A DNA stretch of 64,000 bases from a virus (IMGVR_UViG_3300025322_000015:1-64000); one strand, 5' to 3'; counted from the stretch's first letter, positions 36,838-46,179 are shown. Translations and numbers: made by a program. Notes: generated by a model from the letters alone, not told the origin.

Positions 36838-37479
36838 TCAGACATCCAGAGGTGTAATTCGTGGATATGATTCTACGTACGCGATGATTGCATCAACCTT
36901 ATGTTTTAGATTGAAATGCTCGCACCACATTTTCAATCGCTTCAGCTTCCGAGCGACATCTTTCGCGGTCTCATCTGTAGAGGGAAGCATCTCGCACTTG
37001 GCCCCACGAGTCTCGCCATCAACCTGAAGCATCGCATGTGCGCGGCCGTACAACTTCTGAGTAAGAATATTCGAATGAGCAGCGCTTGAATAGCGAAGGA
37101 AACGAATCAATTCGAAGTCGCAAGAAAAGGGATGCTCACCATGAATGTCGCATCGGCCATCGTCCTTGACATTCCGACAATGGTGATTGGTGTGGTCGTC
37201 CTGCGCATCGGAGTAGATCAAGATGCTGTTACCGTTGAACTCAACAGTACGTTTGGTGAGCCGATACGGATGAGCTTCGAGAGGCTTGGGAAGATAATCA
37301 AGCGAGAAGCGGCCACAACAAGCTGCGCAGGCAGCTGGACAGGTGTAACCGCGGAAGATGTAAGGACTAACGCGCAGACGCTTAGGCTCAAACCTTTCTC
37401 CGTTGTAGGTAAAAGGTTCCGCGGTGACGCACGCGAAATATGAATTCACGATCTTATCGATGGAGTCGCGTTGTGGCAT
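36838..37479 (-). CDS. YkgJ/FliB-like cysteine-cluster (CxxCxxCC) protein
   Basis: CPAACAACC N-terminal cluster; C-terminal HCRNV..GRCDIHGEHPFSC motif. Confidence 0.7.
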   Translation of the reverse strand: MPQRDSIDKIVNSYFACVTAEPFTYNGERFEPKRLRVSPYIFRGYTCPAACAACCGRFSLDYLPKPLEAHPYRLTKRTVEFNGNSILIYSDAQDDHTNHHCRNVKDDGRCDIHGEHPFSCDFELIRFLRYSSAAHSNILTQKLYGRAHAMLQVDGETRGAKCEMLPSTDETAKDVARKLKRLKMWCEHFNLKHKVDAIIAYVESYPRITPLDV

Positions 37480-37500
37480 GGGTTCATCGCCAGAATTTCT

Positions 37501-37568
37501 GCGAATGACTCACGAAACGCCCGGGCCCTTAGGTAGGGTAGCGGACCGGGATCTCGCCAGTCGCTCGT
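37501..37568. repeat. Intergenic palindromic element, copy E (degenerate)
   Basis: gcgaatgact start as in copy C; cccgg/ccggg arms; gggtagcgg loop; ctcgccagtc is the reverse complement of gactggcgag in copy C. Confidence 0.5.
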
Positions 37569-37640
37569 GGACGTCGTGGTCCACGTCTCGCACTCGGTTT
37601 CGTTTCAGTCATACATAAACTAGAACAATCGGCTCTCTCC

Positions 37641-37669
37641 AATATACCCTCGGTTTCGAAGGCCCGCAA
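37641..37669 (-). promoter_or_regulatory. Sigma70-like promoter driving the leftward lysis/late region
   Basis: Minus strand TTGCGG-N17-TATATT, just downstream of a terminator. Confidence 0.55.
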
Positions 37670-37713
37670 CCACTTCTTAGAGCAAATTACTTCACCAATA
37701 TCGTACAGATAGT

Positions 37714-37745
37714 AAAAAAAGCTCTAGGGAGTTACCCGCTAGAGC
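37714..37745 (-). terminator. Rho-independent terminator after imm
   Basis: gctctag/ctagagc stem followed by a 7-T run on the minus strand. Confidence 0.7.
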
Positions 37746-37775
37746 TATCTGTGAGCAGTAACACTACAATCAATC

Positions 37776-37973
37776 CTAACGCCGCAGCGCCCGCACTAAG
37801 GCGACAACCCAACCCACGACAGTCCACCCAAGAAATAAATTGAGTAGAAATATCTTACGACTGCTACGCGGGTTCCACTCTACAGCGATAAGGGTTGGTG
37901 TGAAATACATGGCTGCGACGGTAACCGTTGCAACAACCCGAAACAGGCGTGTAACGAAGTCGACCTCTTCCAT
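37776..37973 (-). CDS. Superinfection immunity protein (T4 Imm-like)
   Basis: YFTPTLIA...IFLLNLFLGWTVVGWVVAL signature. Confidence 0.9.
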   Translation of the reverse strand: MEEVDFVTRLFRVVATVTVAAMYFTPTLIAVEWNPRSSRKIFLLNLFLGWTVVGWVVALVRALRR

Positions 37974-37985
37974 TCCTGGATGCCC

Positions 37986-38450
37986 CTACCGGCCGCGGAA
38001 CGCAGGCTGCGGCATTGCTGGAATATCGTGGACGGACAGCTCGCTGGGTACGCGACCGTGATAGAACCAGACGTCAATCGGGATGCCACCGCGAGCATTG
38101 AAAATCCCCGCGACACGCATCCAAACCGGGTTGAGGATCTCAGCCAAGGTCTCGCCGATTTGGTTCACGACAGCCTCGTGGTAGGCGCCGTGGTTCCTAA
38201 AGCTGAACATGTAGAGCTTCAATGACTTCGACTCGACCAGATATTTCCTGGGAATGTAATCGAGGACGATCGTCGCGAAGTCAGGTTGTCCGGTCTTCGG
38301 ACACAGACTCGTGAATTCGGGGATCGTGAACCGGCAAACATACAAGCGCTGCGGGTTGGGATTCTCGATCCTATCGAAGACATAGCCTTCGGGATCCTGG
38401 GGAATCTCGGCGAGTCTACCGAGCACGCCCTCATCGTCGATTGCACTCAT
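37986..38450 (-). CDS. queF: preQ0 reductase (unimodular QueF type I)
   Basis: PEFTSLCPKTGQPDFA, ESKSLKLYMFSFRNHGAYHE, FNARGGI. Confidence 0.95.
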   Translation of the reverse strand: MSAIDDEGVLGRLAEIPQDPEGYVFDRIENPNPQRLYVCRFTIPEFTSLCPKTGQPDFATIVLDYIPRKYLVESKSLKLYMFSFRNHGAYHEAVVNQIGETLAEILNPVWMRVAGIFNARGGIPIDVWFYHGRVPSELSVHDIPAMPQPAFRGR

Positions 38451-38582
38451 ACTCGTCTCCTGGGTGGGTGGGAGAGCGGAGGCAGCTTTGAACTGCCAGA
38501 TTCCCTATGAGCATCACCGGTCTATGCTTCTGGCCAACCGTATATTGCAGTCTAGGATATCCCCCTGCGGGGCCGCTCGAAA

Positions 38583-38633
38583 GAAAAAGCCCCGGCTAGG
38601 GGAGAGGGAGAGAGAGAGGGAACCTAGCCGGGG
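38583..38633 (-). terminator. Hairpin terminator after the OMP gene
   Basis: ccccggctagg / cctagccgggg inverted repeat followed by a T-rich tract on the minus strand. Confidence 0.6.
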
Positions 38634-38673
38634 AATACAACCGAGCTGGAGCGGGGGCGCCAGCCGAGGCGTA

Positions 38674-39627
38674 TTAGTAGATCTGGTAGATCAACTTCGC
38701 TTTCACTTCCCAGAGGCTCGGATCGCCGCTGACCTGATCGGAAGTGGTAGTGGTGAGCACATCACCGCCAACCTCATTGCCATCAATGATGGGATTTCCA
38801 CGCCGGGAAGAACCAATCTTCAGCTCTTCGTAACCGATGTGGTAACCTTCCAAGCCAACCGACCAGCGCTTATCTTCGCCGAAACGAGTCTGGATACCAA
38901 TGCCGAGTTTCAGGCCGACCAGCGTCTCATCCTTATTGAAAGACGACCCCGGATACGGCTGAATGATGCCTTCGATCAACGTCAGATCAGAATTGCCTTT
39001 GGCATTGAACCGACCCCAGTTGGCGCCGATGATGCCATAGACCAGCGTGTTCGGAGTAACAAGGGCGCCGGGCGTAAAGTCAACGCCAGCGCTCCACTCC
39101 CGCTCGACCGACAGAGTGCCACGCTCTTCGCCGAGCTGAAAATCATCTTCGAATCCGAAGTTCGATGTATTCAGCACAACCTGCCGGCTGTAAGAGTCGG
39201 ATCCCTTGAACTTGCCGAAGTCGAAGTAGGCATCGACGCCGATGACGAAAGTCGAGCCAAGCTGTTGTTTAGCTCCGATGTTGCCGCCGCCGAAGAATCC
39301 TTCGAGGCCGAGATCGAGTTTGTCCTGGCGCGAGTCAGTCAGCACACGGATGGGATCGCCGACAGCCACCTCGCCGTCAAACTTCTGATAGTCGACGCCG
39401 TTCTCGACATTGCGAATCGCTTCAAAGATGCCGGCGCCACCGCCCGCCTCGACACCGATGTAGAAACCAGTCCAGCTCTTGGTAGCGGGTTCGACCGCAT
39501 AGGCCGACAGCGGTGCTTCGTATCTCGACTTCGAGGTAATGTCAGCGGCCGAGGCCCCGTGTGGAATGAACATACCCATCGATAGAACGATGGCTGCACG
39601 TAGAACGTATCTCATTGTATTCCCCAA
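38674..39627 (-). CDS. Outer-membrane beta-barrel protein (Omp25/RopB/Omp31-like)
   Basis: Signal peptide ending ASAAD; SWTGFYIG motif; alternating amphipathic strands; C-terminal aromatic residue (LIYQIY) as a BAM signal. Confidence 0.85.
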   Translation of the reverse strand: MGNTMRYVLRAAIVLSMGMFIPHGASAADITSKSRYEAPLSAYAVEPATKSWTGFYIGVEAGGGAGIFEAIRNVENGVDYQKFDGEVAVGDPIRVLTDSRQDKLDLGLEGFFGGGNIGAKQQLGSTFVIGVDAYFDFGKFKGSDSYSRQVVLNTSNFGFEDDFQLGEERGTLSVEREWSAGVDFTPGALVTPNTLVYGIIGANWGRFNAKGNSDLTLIEGIIQPYPGSSFNKDETLVGLKLGIGIQTRFGEDKRWSVGLEGYHIGYEELKIGSSRRGNPIIDGNEVGGDVLTTTTSDQVSGDPSLWEVKAKLIYQIY

Positions 39628-39670
39628 TTCCCAGATTATTTCAGAAGTAGGACCACCCCACCTCCGTAGT

Positions 39671-39955
39671 CTACTGTTCTATATCCTCTTCCCGTTTACA
39701 ATCCCAACCCCGAGGCTCGACGTGTTCTACGCCAGAAGCATACTGCGGACGCAGCAAATCATCTTCATCGCAGTCGCCAGGACGCAGAGCAGCATCACGA
39801 GCTTTCTTGTCACCGACGATAGTAGTCAAGGGGAGCTGGCCCTCTGACTCACACTCGCAATACTCAAAAGGTTCGAGTACCTCAGCGGTGACCATCGTCG
39901 CCAACGGAAACAGGACAAGGAAGGCGACGGAAAACAGCTTCATACAATCCCCCAC
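39671..39955 (-). CDS. Small secreted Cys-containing protein
   Basis: Signal-peptide-like MKLFSVAFLVLFPLATMVTAE; 4 Cys in the mature part. Confidence 0.55.
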   Translation of the reverse strand: MGDCMKLFSVAFLVLFPLATMVTAEVLEPFEYCECESEGQLPLTTIVGDKKARDAALRPGDCDEDDLLRPQYASGVEHVEPRGWDCKREEDIEQ

Positions 39956-39986
39956 TATTTAGTGTTTCAACAATACGCAGAACAAA

Positions 39987-40367
39987 CTAGATGTAGCCGG
40001 CCAGGCGCGCGAACTGAAACGCGAACTGAAACGCGAACTGAAACACGAATGACCAGCAGAACACAAATACAAATCGAGAAGCCAGCGTCGGCCAGAACCG
40101 CCAAATCATCGCCAGATGATACTGCAACCTCGCCGGCAGACGAATGTGTTTCACAGACGGACGCATAAAGAAATCATAAACGCGATCGGAGATTTGCAGA
40201 GTGGCATAAACCGTAGAATCGATGCCGCCGAGGACGACGTTCGCGGCACTCATGAACGATTGTAGTATTACCGTGCGAAGACACGACATCAACATACGCG
40301 AGTGGAAGCTGGCTTGGTACATCATTGCACGCGAGTCAACGGGATCATACGTCATCACTAACGCCAT
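39987..40367 (-). CDS. Hypothetical protein with hydrophobic repeat-encoded C-terminus
   Basis: AGGAG Shine-Dalgarno site; first gene after the promoter at 40408-40437. Confidence 0.5.
   Translation of the reverse strand: MALVMTYDPVDSRAMMYQASFHSRMLMSCLRTVILQSFMSAANVVLGGIDSTVYATLQISDRVYDFFMRPSVKHIRLPARLQYHLAMIWRFWPTLASRFVFVFCWSFVFQFAFQFAFQFARLAGYI
40009..40044. repeat. 12-bp tandem repeat x3 (gcgaactgaaac)
   Basis: Three perfect copies, encoding FQFA repeats on the minus strand. Confidence 0.85.
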
Positions 40368-40407
40368 CGGAGTCTCCTAACGCTACATAGACGAAGCACT
40401 GCAATTT

Positions 40408-40437
40408 CTTATAGAACTTAAATAAGCCACAGGTCAA
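40408..40437 (-). promoter_or_regulatory. Sigma70-like promoter for the OMP/queF/imm island
   Basis: Minus strand TTGACC-N18-TATAAG in an AT-rich intergenic gap. Confidence 0.55.
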
Positions 40438-40542
40438 GTTCAAAATTCTACTTATGAAGTCTACGACAAACACAAATGCTTAGAATATACAACTACAACT
40501 ACAAGTATTCATAGTAACTATACTTGATGCAATACTAAATAG

Positions 40543-40866
40543 TCAACCGCGATTTAGTAAGGCCTGCATATACGGGGAAAGCCGATCCGACGGCGTAACA
40601 TCTATGACGGGTTCAGCAACGACACCTGCGACGACATCCACGTCCGGAACAGCACACAACGCCAGCAACGCCAGGATAGGCGTAAGGAAGATCGCGATCA
40701 GGAACCAAACAAATGCATTACGATTCTTCTGCGCTGCAACAAAGGCGCACAGGATCGAGACAGCAAGCCAGAGTACGATAATCATAAACTTTCTCCTTCC
40801 TAAGATTTTGCCACTCTCCCTTCGAGAGCCAACGCAAGGATTAGCGGCAATTTTACCATAGGTCAA
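40543..40866 (-). CDS. Small membrane protein
   Basis: MIIVLWLAVSILCAFVAAQKNRNAFVWFLIAIFLTPILALLAL; two TM segments; probable start at MIIVLW. Confidence 0.75.
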   Translation of the reverse strand: MTYGKIAANPCVGSRRESGKILGRRKFMIIVLWLAVSILCAFVAAQKNRNAFVWFLIAIFLTPILALLALCAVPDVDVVAGVVAEPVIDVTPSDRLSPYMQALLNRG

Positions 40867-42710
40867 GTGGTAAAAATTTGTGATCCACAGTCAACGGTTT
40901 TACGCACAGTTACAACAGCAGAAAACAATGAGCTCTCCGTTGTGTGGTGATCGGTGTACCAAATCTGCTTCTGGAGATCACGGGCCCGAGTGTGTAAGAA
41001 CTCACACAAATCTCTCACACCACCTTCGGACAAACTACGCGTAGGCTCATCGAAGATCTCTAGGTTGACAGATACAGAGGCGTATGAGAGCAGCACCTCA
41101 GATAACGCCATCGCCCCAACAAGCCGTAAGCGCTGTCGTTCTCCCCCAGACCAGCATTCCCATCGTACTGGTGTTGTATTATACGGCGAGAGCACCTTAA
41201 CAACGAGACCACGCTTTGTCGTCCCCGACTTCGTCTCCTGCTCTACATCGTACTCAATAGACCAATCATGCAGACCTACGTCACCGAGCATTGAATTCGT
41301 CGCCAGTTGTAATTCAGTAAGAATCTCCTGCAGGATAAATAGACGCACATCCTTGAAACCTCTAATCCAGAACTTGGTGCGCTCAAGTCGTGCGGCTCGT
41401 TTCTCAATCTCCTGTTCAAGGTCGGTGGCTACCATCTTCTGTTTCTTCAGATCCTTCTTGAACCCACCAACCTGGTCATGATAAGGATTGGTGTCAGCCT
41501 CCAGTCGCGCAGCTTCGCGCTTCTTCGAAAGTAGATTAACCTGGATCTCACGAAGACGGATGTCCCACATATCGATCTCGGATCGAGCCTTCTTCGCAGT
41601 CGCTTCTTTTTCTTCTAGAGCTGGGCGTACTCTTTCAACTTTCTTGTCTTGCGCGTTGTACTTCTTCTCAAGAGTCTGGAGATCCAGATCGTGCGAGTCC
41701 TGAATGAGTTTGCGAACCTTCGCTTTCAACTTCTTCTTATGCTCTAGAAGCGAGGTGCCTTCGAGCGACTGACCGCACGTAGGACAGTCATCCATCTCAC
41801 CCAACCCATCAATTTCTTTCTTCAGTTCGACTACGCGTCGCCGAATCTGTTCGACTTGTGCTTCGCCTGTGGAAAGTTTATCGCGAAGTTTAAACAGCTC
41901 GTCGTACAGATCACGGAACTGCTTATCTAATGCATCCTTCTCAGTAAGAGCACCATCCTCGATAAGCGTGGCCGTTCCCCGCTTCGCGACAGCGGAATCA
42001 TTTGCGGCTGCGAGCTTCTTTATCTCGCTTTTCAACTTGTCTAGGTCCGCGAGACGATTCTCCTCGAACTCAGAAGATTCCTTCTGGGCTCGATCCAACA
42101 ACTCCTTGGTTCGAGTAATCTGAGCTTTCGCGGCAACAAGGTCGCGGTCGGCTGCTACTTGTTTCATCTCCAGAGTACGAACTTCTGTAGAAGCATGCTG
42201 GGACCGCTCGTCCCACCTATTCAAATCGAGCGCATCAGTGAAGAGTCCGAGCTTGTCGCTTGCGGACAAATCAAAAAACAAATCACGGTCCTGACCGAAC
42301 AGAACCGTGTGCGTGAACGTCTCGAAGTTGAGTCCTATGAGTCGTTCTACTTTTTCTTGGTTCGCATCTTTATCGTTGATGCGCAACGTATTTGGAGCCG
42401 CTGTTCGCTTGATCTTGTAGAGCACATCATCAACATTCACCGCGACAGTAACTTTAGGAGATGCCGTCAACCCCCATGGAGCGATATCAGGGTTGCGCAG
42501 ACCATCAGGTGTCTTGCCGAACAAACACCACGACAAGGCGTTCCAGATAGAAGTCTTCCCCGATCCATTTGCGCCGAGGCTTTCCTCGACATCGTTCTCA
42601 CCTCGAAGGAAACATACTCCTAGCGGTAGAGCTGCAAGGTCTAGGTTCTGAGTATTGCCAACAAAGCTCCTAAAGTTCCGGATCGCGATGTGTTGAAACT
42701 GGATTTTCAT
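40863..42710 (-). CDS. SbcC/Rad50-like (T4 gp46-like) recombination ATPase
   Basis: GANGSGKTS Walker A, CPTCG zinc hook, WSGGERQR signature, IFDEP Walker B. Confidence 0.93.
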   Translation of the reverse strand: MKIQFQHIAIRNFRSFVGNTQNLDLAALPLGVCFLRGENDVEESLGANGSGKTSIWNALSWCLFGKTPDGLRNPDIAPWGLTASPKVTVAVNVDDVLYKIKRTAAPNTLRINDKDANQEKVERLIGLNFETFTHTVLFGQDRDLFFDLSASDKLGLFTDALDLNRWDERSQHASTEVRTLEMKQVAADRDLVAAKAQITRTKELLDRAQKESSEFEENRLADLDKLKSEIKKLAAANDSAVAKRGTATLIEDGALTEKDALDKQFRDLYDELFKLRDKLSTGEAQVEQIRRRVVELKKEIDGLGEMDDCPTCGQSLEGTSLLEHKKKLKAKVRKLIQDSHDLDLQTLEKKYNAQDKKVERVRPALEEKEATAKKARSEIDMWDIRLREIQVNLLSKKREAARLEADTNPYHDQVGGFKKDLKKQKMVATDLEQEIEKRAARLERTKFWIRGFKDVRLFILQEILTELQLATNSMLGDVGLHDWSIEYDVEQETKSGTTKRGLVVKVLSPYNTTPVRWECWSGGERQRLRLVGAMALSEVLLSYASVSVNLEIFDEPTRSLSEGGVRDLCEFLHTRARDLQKQIWYTDHHTTESSLFSAVVTVRKTVDCGSQIFTT

Positions 42711-42712
42711 TA

Positions 42713-42859
42713 CTACTTACTTCCGTACCGCTCACGATATAAATCGGTAATCTGAAGGTGAATAGCCGCCTGTTGCATGAGTGAGGCAGTTTCTGCTTCT
42801 GCAATCAATTCGTCAATCAATACATCGAATTCCTTTTCGCCCAAATCTCTTGCAGTCAT
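42713..42859 (-). CDS. Small acidic protein (48 aa; not in ORF track)
   Basis: MTARDLGEKEFDVLIDELIAEAETASLMQQAAIHLQITDLYRERYGSK*; fills the gap between the sbcD- and sbcC-like genes. Confidence 0.5.
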   Translation of the reverse strand: MTARDLGEKEFDVLIDELIAEAETASLMQQAAIHLQITDLYRERYGSK

Positions 42860-42860
42860 C

Positions 42861-43898
42861 CTACTTCACCTTCTCCATGAGTTTCTTACCTCGAACCAAC
42901 AACCTGGATTCAAGGTTGCGCTGACTTCCATACGACTCCAGTACTTCTACATCAGACAAACGCGATCGCTGTACTGTGTCTACTTTTCGAGACACAGCTT
43001 TATCCGCAACCGCCTGTATCGCGTAAATGATGTATCCATGCGTATGCCCCCATTGCTGTATTTCTGTCTTGATTGCCGCCCATCTAGCGTACTGCTCTGA
43101 GGTCACAGCAACTCGAACCTTAAGGATATCACCTGCGTTCAGAGTCTGCTCCGGCCAGATGGTCTTGCCTTTGGAAATACTACATTCTACCAATCGCTTC
43201 TGAGGACCAGGAACGGTGATGCTCTTTCGCTTGAGTGTCTCAGAATCAATGAGCAGCATACGCGGACGGAAGTCATCGCCGAAGTCGATCAGATACGGAG
43301 ATCCTGTATAGGTAATCGGGCCGATTGTATGCGGGACATGAACATCACCCGCGATGACGTTCGTGTACGAGTTGAAGATATCAGTGGGGATACCATCCAA
43401 TTCTCGATGCTGACCCGATGCTCCCTTGAATGTATTGTGCGCGAAGATGTAATCGTACTTGGTGTCCTTCAGATTGATCATTCCCCAATCTTCTTTGTAG
43501 TTTGTCGAATGAGGAAGGAACAGGCATTGACCAATTCCGGGGATTTCTTTCTCAGAAGGATTGACGACAAAACTGATGTTGGAAAAGATTCTAAGAAAAC
43601 CAAAGAAGGGAAGCGTGGGATCAACACCGTCATGGTTCCCACGCAGAATTGTAATCGGACACCACGAGGCGAGAGCGACCATCTCAGCCACGATGTTATT
43701 GGTAAGCCAGGCTCCGTGGTTATCTTTCTGTTCAGTCAAATCACCGAGAATCAACAGATGCTTGACGTCGTACTTATTGATTAAATTGATAAGGGTCTGG
43801 GTGATCAGAAAACGATAGGCATCGCGAGGATTGTCGCTGAAGTGCAAATCAGCAGTTATCAGTACGCTCATGCTCTCCACTTTCCGATGCCAGCCCAT
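42861..43898 (-). CDS. SbcD/Mre11-like (T4 gp47-like) metallophosphoesterase nuclease
   Basis: ADLH, LGDL, GNHD, AHNT, GDVH motifs; probable start at MSVLITADLH. Confidence 0.92.
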   Translation of the reverse strand: MGWHRKVESMSVLITADLHFSDNPRDAYRFLITQTLINLINKYDVKHLLILGDLTEQKDNHGAWLTNNIVAEMVALASWCPITILRGNHDGVDPTLPFFGFLRIFSNISFVVNPSEKEIPGIGQCLFLPHSTNYKEDWGMINLKDTKYDYIFAHNTFKGASGQHRELDGIPTDIFNSYTNVIAGDVHVPHTIGPITYTGSPYLIDFGDDFRPRMLLIDSETLKRKSITVPGPQKRLVECSISKGKTIWPEQTLNAGDILKVRVAVTSEQYARWAAIKTEIQQWGHTHGYIIYAIQAVADKAVSRKVDTVQRSRLSDVEVLESYGSQRNLESRLLVRGKKLMEKVK

Positions 43899-44200
43899 TT
43901 CCTATCAAGAACTTCGGTAATCAGCCTAGGAGGGATGTTAGTCACCTTAAATCTATCGAGAGCACAATCGCGTGCTGCTATCATCACAGGTAGACCTCCC
44001 ATGGCATCTAGATACTCGCCGAGCATCCTGATCCCCACCTCCAGACAGAATAGATAGGGTTCCTCATGTAGAGCCTCAATGTCATCTCGAATGTCCGAGC
44101 GATCGCGGCGAACTGCTTCTACATCTTTCGCCTTTGACAAGTAGGGAACCAACAACGCGACAAGGGCATTACAGGATCTATCGAATGGATCTACATACAC
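43868..44200 (-). CDS. Hypothetical protein
   Basis: 110-aa ORF in the operon. Confidence 0.55.
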   Translation of the reverse strand: MYVDPFDRSCNALVALLVPYLSKAKDVEAVRRDRSDIRDDIEALHEEPYLFCLEVGIRMLGEYLDAMGGLPVMIAARDCALDRFKVTNIPPRLITEVLDRKWAGIGKWRA

Positions 44201-44493
44201 GGCTTAAATCCTCGTGGACAGTTATTCGTCATGCAGCCGTCGAACATGGGCGCCAGTGTGTCTCGCCTGCATGTAGTACAAATCTGCGGACGTCGCGTCC
44301 CGTCAGTAGTACGAGCTTCAGCACGATCTACTACGAACTGTTGTCCCTGAACCACAAACAGGTCCAGGATTCGCTGGACCTGTGCTACTGCGGTTCTACC
44401 GGTCACGGGCTGACCGAATCTGATATCAACAAGAACTTTGTGTTTCCGCTTCCGGAGGATTCGCTTCCCCGGAGCCTTCGGCAGCTTTTTCAT
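44191..44493 (-). CDS. Hypothetical protein with C-terminal Cys motifs
   Basis: CTTC..C...C at the C-terminus. Confidence 0.45.
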   Translation of the reverse strand: MKKLPKAPGKRILRKRKHKVLVDIRFGQPVTGRTAVAQVQRILDLFVVQGQQFVVDRAEARTTDGTRRPQICTTCRRDTLAPMFDGCMTNNCPRGFKPCM

Positions 44494-45004
44494 AATGTTT
44501 CACCAGCTCCATCTTCTTGGCATCGGGGGCCTTGATCAAATGACACGGCACACCCTCTTCGGTAAACATATCGACCACGATTTGGCGATCGTCGAAAGCC
44601 ATGAAGACGTTCAAACCTTTGGCCCGTAACTCATTCAACATCTCGCGCTTGATGACGTAATCGGGTCGGTAGTCACCGGCAAACCGCATCAACAAATCAT
44701 CGTAGCCCTCACCCAGCTTACACTGAGCCTCCGCAAACCATGCATTAGTCAACGTACGCGTACGCTCATTACGACCCGTAAGTAGCGCGATATAAATTCC
44801 CGCATCCGATAAAGCGCGCATCAACTTCAAGTTGTGGTGAATCGGAGTATCACCATCAACAGCAGAAAAGAAACTTTCCCAATCAGGAGTAGGGCGATCA
44901 ATAAAGTGCAATCGATGCGTACAGTCCGCAAGTACGCCATCAATATCGAAGATCGCACAGTCGAGGTTGGTCTTGGCAATCGCAATAGATGTGCTGTATC
45001 TCAT
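44426..45004 (-). CDS. HAD-superfamily phosphatase (PNKP phosphatase-like)
   Basis: IFDIDGVLAD motif I, LLTGR motif II, DYRPDYVIK, AFDDR motif IV. Confidence 0.88.
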   Translation of the reverse strand: MRYSTSIAIAKTNLDCAIFDIDGVLADCTHRLHFIDRPTPDWESFFSAVDGDTPIHHNLKLMRALSDAGIYIALLTGRNERTRTLTNAWFAEAQCKLGEGYDDLLMRFAGDYRPDYVIKREMLNELRAKGLNVFMAFDDRQIVVDMFTEEGVPCHLIKAPDAKKMELVKHYEKAAEGSGEANPPEAETQSSC

Positions 45005-45056
45005 AGCTAATTCCTAACTTAGGTGGTTGATATCGATAACATATGAATACGAATTA

Positions 45057-45593
45057 CTACAACCTAATTCGCGTATTCTTTGCCCTAGGCGTAACAACGT
45101 AATCTGAGGCCATGATATCTTGAAAACGATAGATCATACATTTTCGATGTACGACCTCAAGCCGCCAACTGCGCGAATTCCGAGTCCAGTGCAAGGGTGT
45201 CTGCCCGATCTGCGAAATCCATAAGATTGGCATCCGATTCTGCTTCACGATCAAGATTGGGATGAGTCTGTACGTATTGGCTTCGACTATTGTACGACGC
45301 CAGAATTCAGTCAACACGCCCTTCCCCTTGACTAGGAAGGGTGCGAAATCTAGATTCTTATAGTGTTTCAGCTCGAAGTAGTAAGTATCAGTTAGGGCAT
45401 GACCTTCTGGAGCTATCGCACAGATGTCTCCCGATTGTCGAAAGAGTGAACCCTTCTTCTTGAATACTGTAGCTCGACCGCCTGACATGGAATTGCGCCA
45501 AAAGACGTCTTGCTTCTGTCCACCGGTAACCCACTCAGACATCTTGACGCAAATCTCACGCTCGAACTGTGATCCTTTTTGCTGAATAGCCAT
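45057..45593 (-). CDS. Holliday junction resolvase (PD-(D/E)xK, Hjc-like)
   Basis: KGSQFEREI, SGG, GDI, FELKHYK. Confidence 0.8.
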   Translation of the reverse strand: MAIQQKGSQFEREICVKMSEWVTGGQKQDVFWRNSMSGGRATVFKKKGSLFRQSGDICAIAPEGHALTDTYYFELKHYKNLDFAPFLVKGKGVLTEFWRRTIVEANTYRLIPILIVKQNRMPILWISQIGQTPLHWTRNSRSWRLEVVHRKCMIYRFQDIMASDYVVTPRAKNTRIRL

Positions 45594-45606
45594 ATGACCC
45601 TACGAA

Positions 45607-45695
45607 TCTCCGCGAATGACTGGCGAGTCGCGCTCGCCGCTGCTACCATACCGACAATACCGCTTCCGCGAGCGATTGAGCCAGATTCGCGGAGA
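45607..45695. repeat. Intergenic palindromic element, copy C
   Basis: Perfect 11-bp arms tctccgcgaat / attcgcggaga; core 45633-45690 is the inverted match of copy A. Confidence 0.8.
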
Positions 45696-45705
45696 GCGAT
45701 AGGGG

Positions 45706-46179
45706 TTACTCCGTGAGCCGTGTTCCTTTGAACTGCCCGACACTCTCCGCATGCTTCATCGGAGCAAAGAGCCAGAAGATCGTCTTCCTGGCCTTCGTAA
45801 ACGTCCAGATCTCAACGTCGACGTAGTGCATCTCTGTTCCCATGTGTTTGAACAATCCTGTCATTTTGTTGAAGTTGCATCGGGTCTGTTTCTTCTCGAG
45901 AGCAAACTTCGCAGCAGATCCAAGCGCGAGCTTCTTCGTAGGCATAATGCGAAGCCAGAGCCCATGCCTCTCAACGTCCCACGCCATCTTGTAGGAACTC
46001 TCTGAGAACTTGATTCCTACTTTTTCCGCGGCTGCGGTACTGATGAATGATAGACGAGGATACCCTGTATGCTCAGGATCTTCATCACGTTTCTTGACAA
46101 CCGCCCAGGTCGCGTTAAGTCGAAGGGTTTCAAGAGTGGCGCCTACCGGGGGTCGAAGTGGATCTGTGAAGGTGACCAT
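45706..46179 (-). CDS. Hypothetical protein
   Basis: 157 aa, coupled to the upstream gene. Confidence 0.6.
   Translation of the reverse strand: MVTFTDPLRPPVGATLETLRLNATWAVVKKRDEDPEHTGYPRLSFISTAAAEKVGIKFSESSYKMAWDVERHGLWLRIMPTKKLALGSAAKFALEKKQTRCNFNKMTGLFKHMGTEMHYVDVEIWTFTKARKTIFWLFAPMKHAESVGQFKGTRLTE

Noticed and set aside
36838-37479. Cys-cluster protein as the missing QueE
   Set aside because: The motif is CxxCxxCC of YkgJ/FliB type with a C-terminal Cys cluster, not the radical-SAM CxxxCxxC followed by the QueE TGGEP motif.
38464-39585. 373-aa plus-strand ORF
   Set aside because: Antisense to the OMP gene, which has a signal peptide and clear family motifs.
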